64,000 nt of DNA, from NCBI GenBank assembly GCA_964613815.1, contig CAZTKG010000003.1, positions 125,440 through 189,439 of the forward strand. The letters are read 5' to 3'. The first letter of the stretch is position 1. Every line of letters begins with the position of its first letter. A program made the position numbers and the translations under genes. The notes beneath the pieces were generated by a model, which was not told where the DNA came from, did no database searches, and was given only the letters and a program-made list of their open reading frames with translations. This DNA comes from an uncultured Gammaproteobacteria bacterium (GTDB taxonomy: Bacteria > Patescibacteriota > Patescibacteriia > UBA9934). Positions 54,669 to 64,000 of the stretch are shown piece by piece.

Positions 54669-55061
54669 ATGCGTATCATGCGCTACTTCGAGATCATGAT
54701 GATGCTGAGCGCTGTCACCGCAGCTCTCCTCGCCTTCGGTCCTGTGATCGAAGACGCTGAGAACACGCAGCGCGCACTGCATCAGCAGCGTGCGGAGCGG
54801 CGCGTGATCGATGAAGTCGCCATCAAGGCAGCTACCGAGTCAATCGCTACCTTCTCACGCTACTACAGCGCCTGCGAGTTCGAGGCCCTGCAGAACCAGC
54901 TGGTCGCTGTTAGCGGCGGTCGGCAGGTTACGCAACACAGCATCAAACTCATGCGGAATGCGGCACACAGTGCTCGTCTCGCTGGCGCACCTGCTAATAT
55001 CGTAGCCCTGCACCTCGACCGTGCCGGACAGCTTCACCGCTTCGCCTCCAGCCACCACTAA
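54669..55061 (+). CDS. Orphan protein with N-terminal hydrophobic segment
   Basis: TTGACA-17-TATTGT promoter at 54571; C-rich codons. Confidence 0.55.
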   Translation: MRIMRYFEIMMMLSAVTAALLAFGPVIEDAENTQRALHQQRAERRVIDEVAIKAATESIATFSRYYSACEFEALQNQLVAVSGGRQVTQHSIKLMRNAAHSARLAGAPANIVALHLDRAGQLHRFASSHH

Positions 55062-55090
55062 CCACAAACATCAACGCATGGTACGCGAAG

Positions 55091-55396
55091 ATGCGTACCG
55101 GCGTCGTTCGAACCACTCTGCAGCGTCAGCTCCCCCACCTCACCAAGGAGTTCGAGATGGAGGTGCGCTCCGCCCTCCTTCCCGGACTCGCCGGTGATCA
55201 GAAGGCGGCGTTCTCCCGCGTTCGCCGGCTCGGCAACGACCCGGGTCGCCAGCTCGAGAACGCCAACGTTCTCGTCCGGATGGCGGCTCAGTCGGAAGAT
55301 GCCGACATGGAGCTGCTGACCGACATCGACACGCGTCGACGACGGCTCGTGCGTCTGGTTCGCCTGGCCGATGCCGGGCACCTGATCTGGCAGTAG
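55091..55396 (+). CDS. Orphan protein
   Basis: High GC3 ORF followed by terminator. Confidence 0.55.
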   Translation: MRTGVVRTTLQRQLPHLTKEFEMEVRSALLPGLAGDQKAAFSRVRRLGNDPGRQLENANVLVRMAAQSEDADMELLTDIDTRRRRLVRLVRLADAGHLIWQ

Positions 55397-55445
55397 CCCT
55401 CGCCCTCGCCTCACGGCGCAGCTTCACCGCTGCGCCGTTTTCTTT

Positions 55446-55895
55446 TTATTCTGGCGCGTAAACTCCTATGAGCTCAGCTTTTTTGATGATTGCCCCCTCC
55501 ATTGCCTCTTCTACCTCTTTTTTTGATGCTCCCTCAGGGAGATCAAGCATTTTACTCAGTGCGTAGAGCTTGAAAAAATATCTATGTTCACGGTCGGGCG
55601 GCTTTGGGCCGGAGTAGTCCAGATACCCGCGCGTTCCCTTCCCTTTTACGCCCTCGACTTCCCAGTTTTCTGGGATGGATGTGATGTGCGGCGGGATGTT
55701 GAATACGGTCCAGTGATCCCAAACGTCTACCGGGGCGTATTCTGGGACGTCGGGGTCGTCTACGATGAGGGCTAGCGATATCGTGCCCTCTGGAATGTTT
55801 GTGATTTCTAGCGGCGGGCTGATGTCTTCTGCGAATTGGGTGTATTTTCTTGGGATTGTTTGACCTTGGTTGAATACCGGAGATGTAATTTGCAT
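55446..55895 (-). CDS. YbhB/YbcL (PEBP/Raf kinase inhibitor-like) protein
   Basis: SPPL, DDPD, WDHW, YSGPKPP, HRYFFKLYAL. Confidence 0.92.
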   Translation of the reverse strand: MQITSPVFNQGQTIPRKYTQFAEDISPPLEITNIPEGTISLALIVDDPDVPEYAPVDVWDHWTVFNIPPHITSIPENWEVEGVKGKGTRGYLDYSGPKPPDREHRYFFKLYALSKMLDLPEGASKKEVEEAMEGAIIKKAELIGVYAPE

Positions 55896-55906
55896 AAAAT
55901 GTCTTA

Positions 55907-55936
55907 AAATCCCCCGCCCTTTCAGGCGGGGGATTT
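55907..55936. repeat. IS200/IS605-end-like hairpin
   Basis: AAATCCCCCGCC-ctttca-GGCGGGGGATTT. Confidence 0.5.
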
Positions 55937-55957
55937 GTGAATGGATTTTGGTTCTAT

Positions 55958-56275
55958 TTATTTTTTCACCCCTCTCTTTCGCTTTTGCGTGAAGTAGTAG
56001 ACAAGCGCAGCGGGTCCGGAGAGGAAGATGATGAGCGCGATCCACATTCCCTTTTCTTTTTCTTGGTTTTGGATGGCGTCTATGAGCATCCAGAGCCAGA
56101 AGGCTACGAGCGCGAGCCCGATAAGGACTCCGAGGATCGGGATGATGACGAGCCAGCCGGGGACATCTGGGCATGGGACTTCTTCGCCGTTTACTCTGCA
56201 GGTTGCGGCGAGAGCGAACTTGGAGCTTGCCAGGAAGAGCGCGAGGGATGTGAGGGAGGTTTTTAAGGTGTTCAT
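55958..56275 (-). CDS. Small membrane protein (PLDc N-terminal-like)
   Basis: FWLWMLIDA...WIALII...LVYYF. Confidence 0.75.
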   Translation of the reverse strand: MNTLKTSLTSLALFLASSKFALAATCRVNGEEVPCPDVPGWLVIIPILGVLIGLALVAFWLWMLIDAIQNQEKEKGMWIALIIFLSGPAALVYYFTQKRKRGVKK

Positions 56276-56370
56276 GGTACGTGGTTAAAAATTGGTTTTA
56301 TTTTAGCATTTTTCGTGCCTTTGTTCGAATCCCCTTTCCATGCAAAAAGACTCCACGAGTGGAGTCTTTT

Positions 56371-56460
<90 letters not shown>

Positions 56461-56502
56461 GTGTTTGATTTTCAATACCCCCTTAGCTCGGATGGCGCCG
56501 GA

Positions 56503-56600
56503 AAAATGCTCTGTAATCGGTTTTCTGAGAGCAGCGCAGTAAGGCGTATAGACAATACGTCGTCGAGCAGCGCAGCAGAAAAACGATTACAGAGTATTTT
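56503..56600. repeat. Palindromic element family D between tRNAs
   Basis: AAAATGCTCTGTAATCG...CGATTACAGAGTATTTT with core GTAAGGCGTA..TACGTCGTCGA. Confidence 0.7.
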
Positions 56601-56613
56601 ACCAAGCCAGCCG

Positions 56614-56690
56614 TGGCGCGCTCGGCAGGGCTCGAACCTGCGACCTCTGGCTCCGCAAGCCAACGCTCTATCCAACTGAGCTACGAGCGC
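56614..56690 (-). tRNA. tRNA-Arg(GCG)
   Basis: Anticodon loop TTGCGGA; GGTTCGAG T-arm; CCA end. Confidence 0.93.
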
Positions 56691-56695
56691 ACGGT

Positions 56696-57208
56696 TCAGA
56701 ATTTATACAGTCTTCGCATGTGATCTGTCAAGGTTTCTTCCTCTCTGTCGAGGTTCTCGAAAACGAAGTTTAGCAAGGTTTCGCGGAGGATATTTGGGTC
56801 CATGTCTTCGACGGGAATATGGAGAAGCGGCTTCCACATGCGGAGAAAGTCGATGTACAGAATTTTGGCCACTCCTGGCTGGTAAACAATGGAGAAGTCT
56901 TTCATTTCTTCGTACGGGAACCAGTGGTCGTCGTAGACGATGCCGGCATCTGTGACAATAATGTTGATACGCTCTGGCTTTTTTGAGTGGTCAAGAATGA
57001 TGAGGAGCCCCATCATGAGGACAATGGTTGCAAAAAGGAAGTTCGCCGAGGCGATTGCGTATACTAAGAATAGACCGCCAATGATTCCGGCGGTGATATA
57101 CCACCTGCGTGAATGGTCGTGAGGTGGACGATCCCAGGTCTCCCAGGCGAGTAGCGCTTCGCCGACATCGATCTCTTCCATCTCCGGTTCCTTGGTTTCT
57201 TTTGCCAT
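56696..57208 (-). CDS. Membrane protein with PH-like C-terminal domain (CPR-type)
   Basis: Two TMs, then ITDAGI-like segment and DFSI. Confidence 0.75.
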   Translation of the reverse strand: MAKETKEPEMEEIDVGEALLAWETWDRPPHDHSRRWYITAGIIGGLFLVYAIASANFLFATIVLMMGLLIILDHSKKPERINIIVTDAGIVYDDHWFPYEEMKDFSIVYQPGVAKILYIDFLRMWKPLLHIPVEDMDPNILRETLLNFVFENLDREEETLTDHMRRLYKF

Positions 57209-57281
57209 GCCTGCAGTATACCAGAGTTAGGACTTGAAATCAGGAGCGGTTTAGGATATAACTGTGCTACGTTTAATGAAT

Positions 57282-57371
57282 GGAGAGGTGCCGGAGCGGT
57301 CGAACGGGGCACCCTGCTAAGGTGTTAGGTCTTCACGGGCCTCGAGGGTTCGAATCCCTCCCTCTCCGCCA
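57282..57371 (+). tRNA. tRNA-Ser(GCT)
   Basis: Cloverleaf, anticodon GCT, long variable arm, CCA end. Confidence 0.95.
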
Positions 57372-57437
57372 GGAAAAGGACTTCGCTTTTGCGGAGTCTT
57401 TTTTGTTTGGAATAAAACAACGCAGTACTTGACTGCG

Positions 57438-57860
57438 TTACTGTTTCGGACCGGTGCCCCCTGGGAAGATTCGGTCCCCCGCATCCCCGCGGAACGTGAT
57501 CTCGCAAGGTTGGTGATTGATCTGGAACGTGATCGTACCATCTGTTGATCCAGGCACCGGAAATCGGCGAATGCGGATCATGGCCGTTGTGACCTCTGCG
57601 CGTGCGATGTGTTTGGCGGTGAGAATGCCCTCGAGGAACATTCGAACGGCGATTTCTGGCGATACTGTGACCGTTCTGACTCGCTCGCTTCTGATCCCTG
57701 TGATCGCAGCTCGAAGCTGACTACTGACCGGCTCTGGATCAAGCGTGATACTCTCCCCTGACGGCGTTTCGAGACGAAATTCGCGACCACATTCGGTGAA
57801 TCCGTGATATCCATAGAATGAGGCACTTAGGATGACGATTGGGCGTCCTGATCTTCGCAC
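57438..57860 (-). CDS. Orphan protein, paralogue of 53182-53622
   Basis: GGAGG + GTG start, TTGACA upstream. Confidence 0.6.
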   Translation of the reverse strand: MRRSGRPIVILSASFYGYHGFTECGREFRLETPSGESITLDPEPVSSQLRAAITGIRSERVRTVTVSPEIAVRMFLEGILTAKHIARAEVTTAMIRIRRFPVPGSTDGTITFQINHQPCEITFRGDAGDRIFPGGTGPKQ

Positions 57861-57912
57861 TTTCCCTCCATTAAGGAACGTTCGGTGATGATGCCGTCTT
57901 GATGACTTGTTG

Positions 57913-58557
57913 TCAATCTTTTCCTTGCGCTAGGGTGTATATTTTGATGTTTTCTTGGCCGTTTGTTGCCAAGGTTTGCATGGCAGCCCTTGTGGTTGCG
58001 CCGGTTGTGAAGACGTCGTCTATGAGGAGTATTCCCGACTCTTCTGCGAGCTCTTTTATGTATTTGAATGGTGAGCTTCTCATTGCCTCAACCCTTCCCT
58101 TCTCTGTTTGCTCCGTTTGTCTCTGTGTACTTCTTTTTCTTGAAAGCGCGTGTCTGACGGGAATCTTTGTGTGTTCTGATAAGAATGAAGCGAGTTCTTG
58201 TGCTTGATCGAAGCCTCTTTCTGCCTTTCTGGCGAAATGTAGTGGAATTGGGATGAGCGCGCTGACCCTGTGGACCTCTATGTAATGCTCTAGCCAACTC
58301 AGGTTTGGGATGAGCTTTTTTTGGAGGATGTGCCAAGCTGATTCATCGAAATGGTATTTCCAGGCTTTGATGAGGTCTCTTGCAATTGGGTCTGCGTAAG
58401 AAAACGAGGCGACGGCGCCGGAGTCTGATTGAATGAAGGAATTTTGTAAGATCCAGGATTGTTCGCAGGAAGCGCACAGGAGCGCACCTTCGGCTTTGCA
58501 GGCGACGCAAAAACGCGGGAAGACCGCGTTTTTTAGGTTTTCGATGAATGCTTTCAT
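57913..58557 (-). CDS. comF: ComF family protein
   Basis: FPRFCVAC..CASC, PIPLH, RGFDQA, LIDDVFTTGAT. Confidence 0.92.
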   Translation of the reverse strand: MKAFIENLKNAVFPRFCVACKAEGALLCASCEQSWILQNSFIQSDSGAVASFSYADPIARDLIKAWKYHFDESAWHILQKKLIPNLSWLEHYIEVHRVSALIPIPLHFARKAERGFDQAQELASFLSEHTKIPVRHALSRKRSTQRQTEQTEKGRVEAMRSSPFKYIKELAEESGILLIDDVFTTGATTRAAMQTLATNGQENIKIYTLAQGKD

Positions 58558-58560
58558 GGT

Positions 58561-59112
58561 CTACTCCCAGGTGAAGTCGTCTACGAGCCAGGAATTGCCT
58601 GATTTGATGAGTGAGAGTGTTAGTTTTTGTGTTGTTGTTGTTGAGTTTGCAGGGGATCCGATAGATTCTGTGCGTTGGGTTTGGATTTCTACGACGGATA
58701 CCTCCTCTGTTTCTGACGTGGTTTCCATGGATAGGACGCGGGTGGACATCCCCTGGTATTCGTCGGATGCGGATGCCTGCGCTGAGGCTGCGATGGACTC
58801 TAGGCGGTCTTTGAGTGCCTCTGTTGCGATGGACATGACGTCTGTGACGTTTGCGAAGTCTCCTTGGCTTGAGTAGCTTCCAAAGCGCTCTGCGAAGGTT
58901 CTGGCGATGGTTTGGGCAGCGATATCGACAGGTTCTTTCGTGATTTCTGGGATTTCTGCTGGCTCGCCGGTGATTTCTGTTTCTACAGGCTGAGATGGAA
59001 CCGGCTCTTCGATGATTTGTGGCTCTGGGCGGAGGAGAAGCCAAATGATAATGACGAGCGCGATGAGAATCGCGATCGCGATGAGCATTTCTTTTTTGTG
59101 TCTGGATTCCAT
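58561..59112 (-). CDS. Membrane-anchored protein (VirB8/TcpC-like NTF2 fold possible)
   Basis: TM; FAERFGSYS; WLVD; downstream of VirB4. Confidence 0.6.
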   Translation of the reverse strand: MESRHKKEMLIAIAILIALVIIIWLLLRPEPQIIEEPVPSQPVETEITGEPAEIPEITKEPVDIAAQTIARTFAERFGSYSSQGDFANVTDVMSIATEALKDRLESIAASAQASASDEYQGMSTRVLSMETTSETEEVSVVEIQTQRTESIGSPANSTTTTQKLTLSLIKSGNSWLVDDFTWE

Positions 59113-59145
59113 ACGCGACGCGCAGGGCGCGGTTAATGCTGAAGA

Positions 59146-61191
59146 TTAGCTCGGCGTTTGTGAGGTCGGGGCCTCGCTGGCGGCGGGAGGTTGTCCGTTT
59201 TCCGGTGGAGCTGTGTCGGGGATTGGTTCTGGGATTTCCGGTTGCGCTGGTTCTGATGGTTGCTGTGCTTCCTGCGCCTCCTTTTCTGCGAGAGATTCTT
59301 CGAATTCTTTTCTTGCTCGCTCGATTTCTAAGAGCTGTTCTGGATTTGTGGTGATGAGTTGATCTTCTGCGTAGCTGGCGATGACTTTAACGGCCGCGTG
59401 ACGCTTTCCGGCGAAGAAGATCCCTTCCCCCACAGATGCATCGATGAGGAGGTAGCGCTCTGACTGCGTGAGGTTGAATGTTTTTGCGATCGCGTCTACG
59501 CCTGCGGTGGACTGCTTCATGAGGAGCTGCATGGCGGAGTTTGTCACGATTGCGTGACCGTATTGGTTGCGCAGGAAGTCGTTTACGTCCTGTGTGATCG
59601 TTGTGACGCCTAGGTAATATTTGCGGGCACGTTTTACGAGGCCGAAGATGAATTTGGATGCGTCTTCGTGCTGCATGAGCCACCAAGCCTCGTCGATTGC
59701 TAGGAGGCGTTTTTTGCGCTCTGAGCGGACGACGTTCCAGATGTAGTTGACGATAGAGTAAATAGCCATTGGGCGGAGCTCATCTTCTAGATCTCGTACG
59801 GAGTAGACAACGAGCTGGTTGTCCATTTTGACTGTGGTTGGGTAGTTGAGGAATCCTGCGAATGTTCCTTCGGTGAATTTTTGGAGTCTTGAGACGAGAT
59901 CCCCTGTTTCTTCCATACCTTCTAAAACCTCTTGCAGGTCTTGCATGACCGGGTATTCTGCTGATGCTAAGTCTTTTGCTGAGAGGTCTGGAGTGATGTC
60001 TTTTTTGGCGTAAGCTTCGATAATGGCTCGGTCTAGAGTGGAATCTTCTTTTGGCGTGAAGCCGTTTTTACCCCCCTCTCCGACTGGTTGGCCGATCATG
60101 ATACGGAGAAGACCCTTTAGTGTAATGATCGCGCTTCGGAGGATGTCTTCTGTTGAGGTGTCTTCCCCCATTGGTCGTGGGAGGTCGAAGGGGTTGATCT
60201 TGCTCTCTGACCCGAGAGAGACGTTGACGAATGTGCCTCCGACCGCGTCTGAGAGGGTGCGATACTCCATTTCTGGGTCAATGACGATGACCTCTACGCC
60301 CATCATCATGGAGCGCAGGATTTCTAGCTTGATCGCGTAGGACTTTCCTGCACCAGACGTCGCGAAAACGACTGCGTTTGCGTTTGCGAGGGAGAACCGG
60401 TCAAAGATGATGAGGGAGTTGTTGTGGCGGTTTATCCCGTAGAGAATCCCTTTGTCGCTCGTGAGGTCAGATGAGATGAATGGGAATGACGACGCGATTG
60501 GCGACGTGTTCATGTTGAACGAGATCATGAGCTCGTCGTTTCCGATTGGCATGGTGGAGTTGAAGCCCTGCTCTGCCTGGTAGAAGCCGCGTTTTGTAAA
60601 AATGAGACGGGAACCGAAAACGGATTCCATTTCTTCTGTCCGTTTTCCTAGCTCTTCTTCTGAATCTGCGTAAATTGTTACGTAAAATGCGAATTGGAAA
60701 AAGTGCTCCGTTCCTTGCGTGAGGTCGTCTCGTAGCTGCTCCATGTCTCGAAGGGCGGTTTCTTGGATTGGGTCTCTTGGAGCGCCTTTTTCGTTGTCGC
60801 TGACGATTTGCGCCTCTGCGATACCTACCTTGTTCTTGAGCTGCTTGAGAATGACGGCTGCTTTTACTGGGTAAAAGAACATGCCGATGTCGATGGTTCC
60901 GTTGTAGTTGATGATTGGGGCGCCCCATCCTACCCCTACGTATCGTGGGTATGTCGTCACAAATAGTGTGCGGACGTATTTTGATCCGAGTCGGAGGAAG
61001 TCTGGGTTTACCTGGAATGCTGCCGGCGCAATGAGGTCACGTATGGTAACGGTTCCAATTCTATACGTGCGCTCGTCTTCGAGCGTTGCTTGGTCGGCGA
61101 TCTTTTTCTCCTCTTCTTCAGACGTCTTCTTTGGCGGAGGAGCTTTTTTGGCCTTTTTTTCTTTTTGTAGTTTGTGAATGTCGATCGACAT
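59146..61191 (-). CDS. VirB4-like ATPase
   Basis: SGAGKS, IDPEMEY, INPFD, DEAW, RARKY, ITQ. Confidence 0.92.
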   Translation of the reverse strand: MSIDIHKLQKEKKAKKAPPPKKTSEEEEKKIADQATLEDERTYRIGTVTIRDLIAPAAFQVNPDFLRLGSKYVRTLFVTTYPRYVGVGWGAPIINYNGTIDIGMFFYPVKAAVILKQLKNKVGIAEAQIVSDNEKGAPRDPIQETALRDMEQLRDDLTQGTEHFFQFAFYVTIYADSEEELGKRTEEMESVFGSRLIFTKRGFYQAEQGFNSTMPIGNDELMISFNMNTSPIASSFPFISSDLTSDKGILYGINRHNNSLIIFDRFSLANANAVVFATSGAGKSYAIKLEILRSMMMGVEVIVIDPEMEYRTLSDAVGGTFVNVSLGSESKINPFDLPRPMGEDTSTEDILRSAIITLKGLLRIMIGQPVGEGGKNGFTPKEDSTLDRAIIEAYAKKDITPDLSAKDLASAEYPVMQDLQEVLEGMEETGDLVSRLQKFTEGTFAGFLNYPTTVKMDNQLVVYSVRDLEDELRPMAIYSIVNYIWNVVRSERKKRLLAIDEAWWLMQHEDASKFIFGLVKRARKYYLGVTTITQDVNDFLRNQYGHAIVTNSAMQLLMKQSTAGVDAIAKTFNLTQSERYLLIDASVGEGIFFAGKRHAAVKVIASYAEDQLITTNPEQLLEIERARKEFEESLAEKEAQEAQQPSEPAQPEIPEPIPDTAPPENGQPPAASEAPTSQTPS

Positions 61192-61194
61192 AGG

Positions 61195-61905
61195 CTAGAA
61201 TCCTTCTTCAATGCGTAATTCGCTTACGTCGTTTAGTTTTTGACGATCGAATGTGTGCGGGTTGTACACTGTGTAATACAGCTCAATGAGCCCCTGCGTG
61301 TCTAGGATAGCGTTTTTTAGGCCCATTCCAGTAAGTCCACCTTGTACAATGGAAACGCGTTGCATAAGAGACTTTCGGCGGTCTTGGAACTTCTTTTCTG
61401 AGAGCTTTACGACCGATGCCGGCATGATCGCCTCTGAGAGACGTGTCATGAATCCAATCTTCTTGTCTGTCGCTGCATCGAACGGGACGACGACAAAGAA
61501 GCGCTTTTGCATGATTTCGCCAAGGTCTACGAGCTCGTTAATGAACGAGCGATAGTCTTTGATTTGCGCCCTCAGGAGCTCATTTGTCATCTTTGCCTCT
61601 TGCTCGTTTAGACTTTGAATGTAGCTGTCAATGTTCATCTTTCGTGACTGGATCACGATTTGGATTGGGTATTCTAGGCCGTTCAAAAACTGCATGTAGG
61701 ATTGGATCATGGCCTGCTGCTCGTCTACGGATTTGAGCGCGAAATTGACGCTTGAAACCATGATAACCGCTCGGAGTGTCCCATCTTTTAAGACGACTGC
61801 ATCTTCTCGAATCTCTGCGATGTCCAAAAATCGCTGAGTTGGTGGGCCAACCTTTGATTTTGCCAACTTTTTGGACTGCATTTCTTTTTTCTTTTTGTCG
61901 GCCAT
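61195..61905 (-). CDS. VirB4-associated (TraC-N-like) protein
   Basis: NFALKS..EQ, FLNGL, KRFFVVVP; sits between PrgI and VirB4. Confidence 0.75.
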   Translation of the reverse strand: MADKKKKEMQSKKLAKSKVGPPTQRFLDIAEIREDAVVLKDGTLRAVIMVSSVNFALKSVDEQQAMIQSYMQFLNGLEYPIQIVIQSRKMNIDSYIQSLNEQEAKMTNELLRAQIKDYRSFINELVDLGEIMQKRFFVVVPFDAATDKKIGFMTRLSEAIMPASVVKLSEKKFQDRRKSLMQRVSIVQGGLTGMGLKNAILDTQGLIELYYTVYNPHTFDRQKLNDVSELRIEEGF

Positions 61906-61906
61906 A

Positions 61907-62347
61907 TTATTTGTGATCTTCTGGGTTGTAGATTCCGCCGGTGTTTACCACAAGTGAGAGCTCTGAGAGTCTTGATTTTGGGACCTTCCTCTTTGTCGGG
62001 GGCGGGATTTCTTTTTCTTTTTTCTCTTTTTTTAGCCTTGCCTTGATTTGCCCCGTTGTGAGTGCCTTGTCCCACACGCGCACCATTGGACGCCTGAACG
62101 TTAGTACCATGTTGAGAACGATGAAATGAAATGGCTGCCCATTTACTTTTACGAATGCAAATACGATTCCTATCGCAAGGACAGGTAGGCCGACCGCGAG
62201 CAAGGCAAATATGTTGAGGATTAGCTTGTAGAGAAGCGCCTCGACAAGAACAACGCCAATCATGATGAGGAACTGCCTCATGGTGACTGGGCCGATGATC
62301 TTTGTTTCTACGTCGAGAAATTGTGGTACGACAAATTGATCTGGCAT
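61907..62347 (-). CDS. PrgI family protein
   Basis: QFVVPQFLDVETKIIGPVTMRQF. Confidence 0.85.
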   Translation of the reverse strand: MPDQFVVPQFLDVETKIIGPVTMRQFLIMIGVVLVEALLYKLILNIFALLAVGLPVLAIGIVFAFVKVNGQPFHFIVLNMVLTFRRPMVRVWDKALTTGQIKARLKKEKKEKEIPPPTKRKVPKSRLSELSLVVNTGGIYNPEDHK

Positions 62348-62370
62348 ATTTCTTCCCTTGCATTATAGCA

Positions 62371-64000
62371 CTATGCAAGCTGAATACGTTTGTTGAGCTC
62401 TACGATGGCACGCACCTCTGCGGGACTGAGACTTTCCTCGCCTTTTGCGCGGCGGCTAGATGCGACTTCGGAGACCGATCTTCCTTGCACGAGCGCTGCC
62501 TTGGTCATGCGCACATATAGGCGATTTATTGGACTTTTTCGCCATGCAAGTACCGCCTTTACTCTGTCTTCGTATCCCTGCTCTTCGATGAGATCTAGCT
62601 TGTCTTCTATCTTTTGTATTGCCTCCATTGGATCGCTTGAGAGTCTACGGAACTGCTTTGGGGTCATGGTACCAACTTCCTCTGTTGGACCCATGAGCTT
62701 TGGGGTTGCGACGACGTCGGCGATCCTGCCCTTCTTTTGCGGTGGGGCGCTCTGGTTGCTAAGTCGTGCTTTTGCTTTTTTGGGCTTTTCTGGTGTTTTG
62801 GCGTGAACGATAAACTCTGGCTCGAGCTTGTTGTGATGAAGCTCTAGCTCTTCTTCGTGCGATCTTGCCGCACTGACTCGACCGATTGGATGTATGCTGT
62901 TGATTTTTTCTTTTGAAGCTGCGCCGGTGAGCTTGGCGTGACGCGCGTTTATAACGACACGTTCTTTCTGGGCTGTAGTCGATGTTTTCTGTGTCTTTTT
63001 TGGGATTTTTTTGTATGCCGCCTCCACTGCTTGGCGTGCCTGTTTTGCTGCTGACGTGAGTTCTAACACTTGATCTTGCGCGACTTTGTAGCGAGACTCG
63101 AACAGTGCCCGCAGTTGACGCTCGGATCTTCGGCCGCGGATATGGGAGGCGAGGAGGTCTTTTGCTGCTGGAATTGGGATTTTGTATTTTCTGAGCGTTG
63201 TTCTGACCCCGCTTAGCGCACGATCGGTACAGACGTCGATCACCTTTGTGTATTGGTCATTTTTTGTCTTTTTTGCTGCTGATGCGTGCGCCTTTAGCTC
63301 TTCGTGCTCGTGGTCGTGCAAAAGATTGCCAGCGATTACTGGCGTCGTGGTGGAAAGCGCTGTTTCGGTGTGTGGGACGATGGCAGTTGAGCGGAGAGGC
63401 GGTTGCTTTTTTGCGGGCCCAGCCACGGGGCTTGGAGCAGGTTTTTGCTTTTCCTGCTTGATCTTGGGAGCGATTACCCTCGTTGCTTTTTTGATGACTT
63501 TTTTCGGCTTTGGCTCTGGTGGGAGTGGTGGGAGTGGTCTGATCGCTCCAGCGCGTCTTTTGACTACTGATGTCTTTGCTTGTTTTGCCGGTTTTGATTT
63601 TGGCGCTGGCTCTGATGGTTTCTTGATCTTCTTTTTTTCCTGTGGCTGAGCGGGGGCGTTTAGCTTTTGTTGCTTAGGTGTTCTTGCCGCTGTTGAGCTA
63701 GATGTTTTCTGCTCTTCTTTTCGGACTTTCGGAGCAGGCTTCTTTGGCTTTTGAGGCTCTTGCTCCTGTGCCGATACCTTCGCCGGGTCGAATCGCGTTG
63801 CTTTGATTTTTTCTATTGCTGATAGGTCGATCTTTTCTTCCAGCTCTTTGATGAGCTTTTGCGACTGCGCTTCGTCTAATCCTAGCCCTCCTACCATGAG
63901 TGGGCGCTCCATGAGAGTTATCGTTGCCTCTTTTGCTCTCTTTTTTTCGAGATAGCCCTTTGCAATGTAGACAAAGCGCTTTGTGAGGCGTTCTGGGAGA
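62371..64000 (-). CDS. Large Pro/Lys-rich CPR protein, 5'-truncated at window edge
   Basis: Frame open to 64000; LMGPTEE..FRRL..WRKSP C-terminal domain. Confidence 0.7.
   Translation of the reverse strand, partial: LPERLTKRFVYIAKGYLEKKRAKEATITLMERPLMVGGLGLDEAQSQKLIKELEEKIDLSAIEKIKATRFDPAKVSAQEQEPQKPKKPAPKVRKEEQKTSSSTAARTPKQQKLNAPAQPQEKKKIKKPSEPAPKSKPAKQAKTSVVKRRAGAIRPLPPLPPEPKPKKVIKKATRVIAPKIKQEKQKPAPSPVAGPAKKQPPLRSTAIVPHTETALSTTTPVIAGNLLHDHEHEELKAHASAAKKTKNDQYTKVIDVCTDRALSGVRTTLRKYKIPIPAAKDLLASHIRGRRSERQLRALFESRYKVAQDQVLELTSAAKQARQAVEAAYKKIPKKTQKTSTTAQKERVVINARHAKLTGAASKEKINSIHPIGRVSAARSHEEELELHHNKLEPEFIVHAKTPEKPKKAKARLSNQSAPPQKKGRIADVVATPKLMGPTEEVGTMTPKQFRRLSSDPMEAIQKIEDKLDLIEEQGYEDRVKAVLAWRKSPINRLYVRMTKAALVQGRSVSEVASSRRAKGEESLSPAEVRAIVELNKRIQLA

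Noticed and set aside
55907-55936. IS200/IS605 element
   Set aside because: Only a single hairpin is present; no tnpA/tnpB, and it could simply be a terminator.

Overview
This 64 kb window looks like chromosomal DNA of a Patescibacteria/CPR (Parcubacteria-like) bacterium using the standard genetic code; the lineage is inferred from gene content. The core genes are rpmE-prfA-prmC, rplY, rodA, gyrB, secE-nusG-rplK-rplA, gatB, miaA, thrS with a T-box, dnaE, pheST, rseP, murD, a phosphomannomutase, lemA-htpX-clpC, radA, recG, comF, a VirB4/PrgI locus and three tRNAs. They are interspersed with monocistronic high-GC3 orphan cassettes, several families of palindromic repeats (two inserted in-frame in pheT) and a dead IS1595 element. 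The most notable feature is a pyrimidine cluster at 12.1-15.9 kb. Its thymidylate-synthase homologue has Asp at the dUMP/dCMP specificity position (E. coli N177) and lacks the His after the catalytic Cys. Its Dcd-fold neighbour lacks the deaminase Glu, and a dCMP-deaminase domain is fused to a DNPH1/NDT-like domain. Together these suggest a 'methylate dCMP first, deaminate second' route to dTMP. Also notable are a ~300 nt RNase P-like RNA lacking the canonical 5' half and a phased DnaA-box cluster not adjacent to dnaA. All calls were made by eye; no searches were run.
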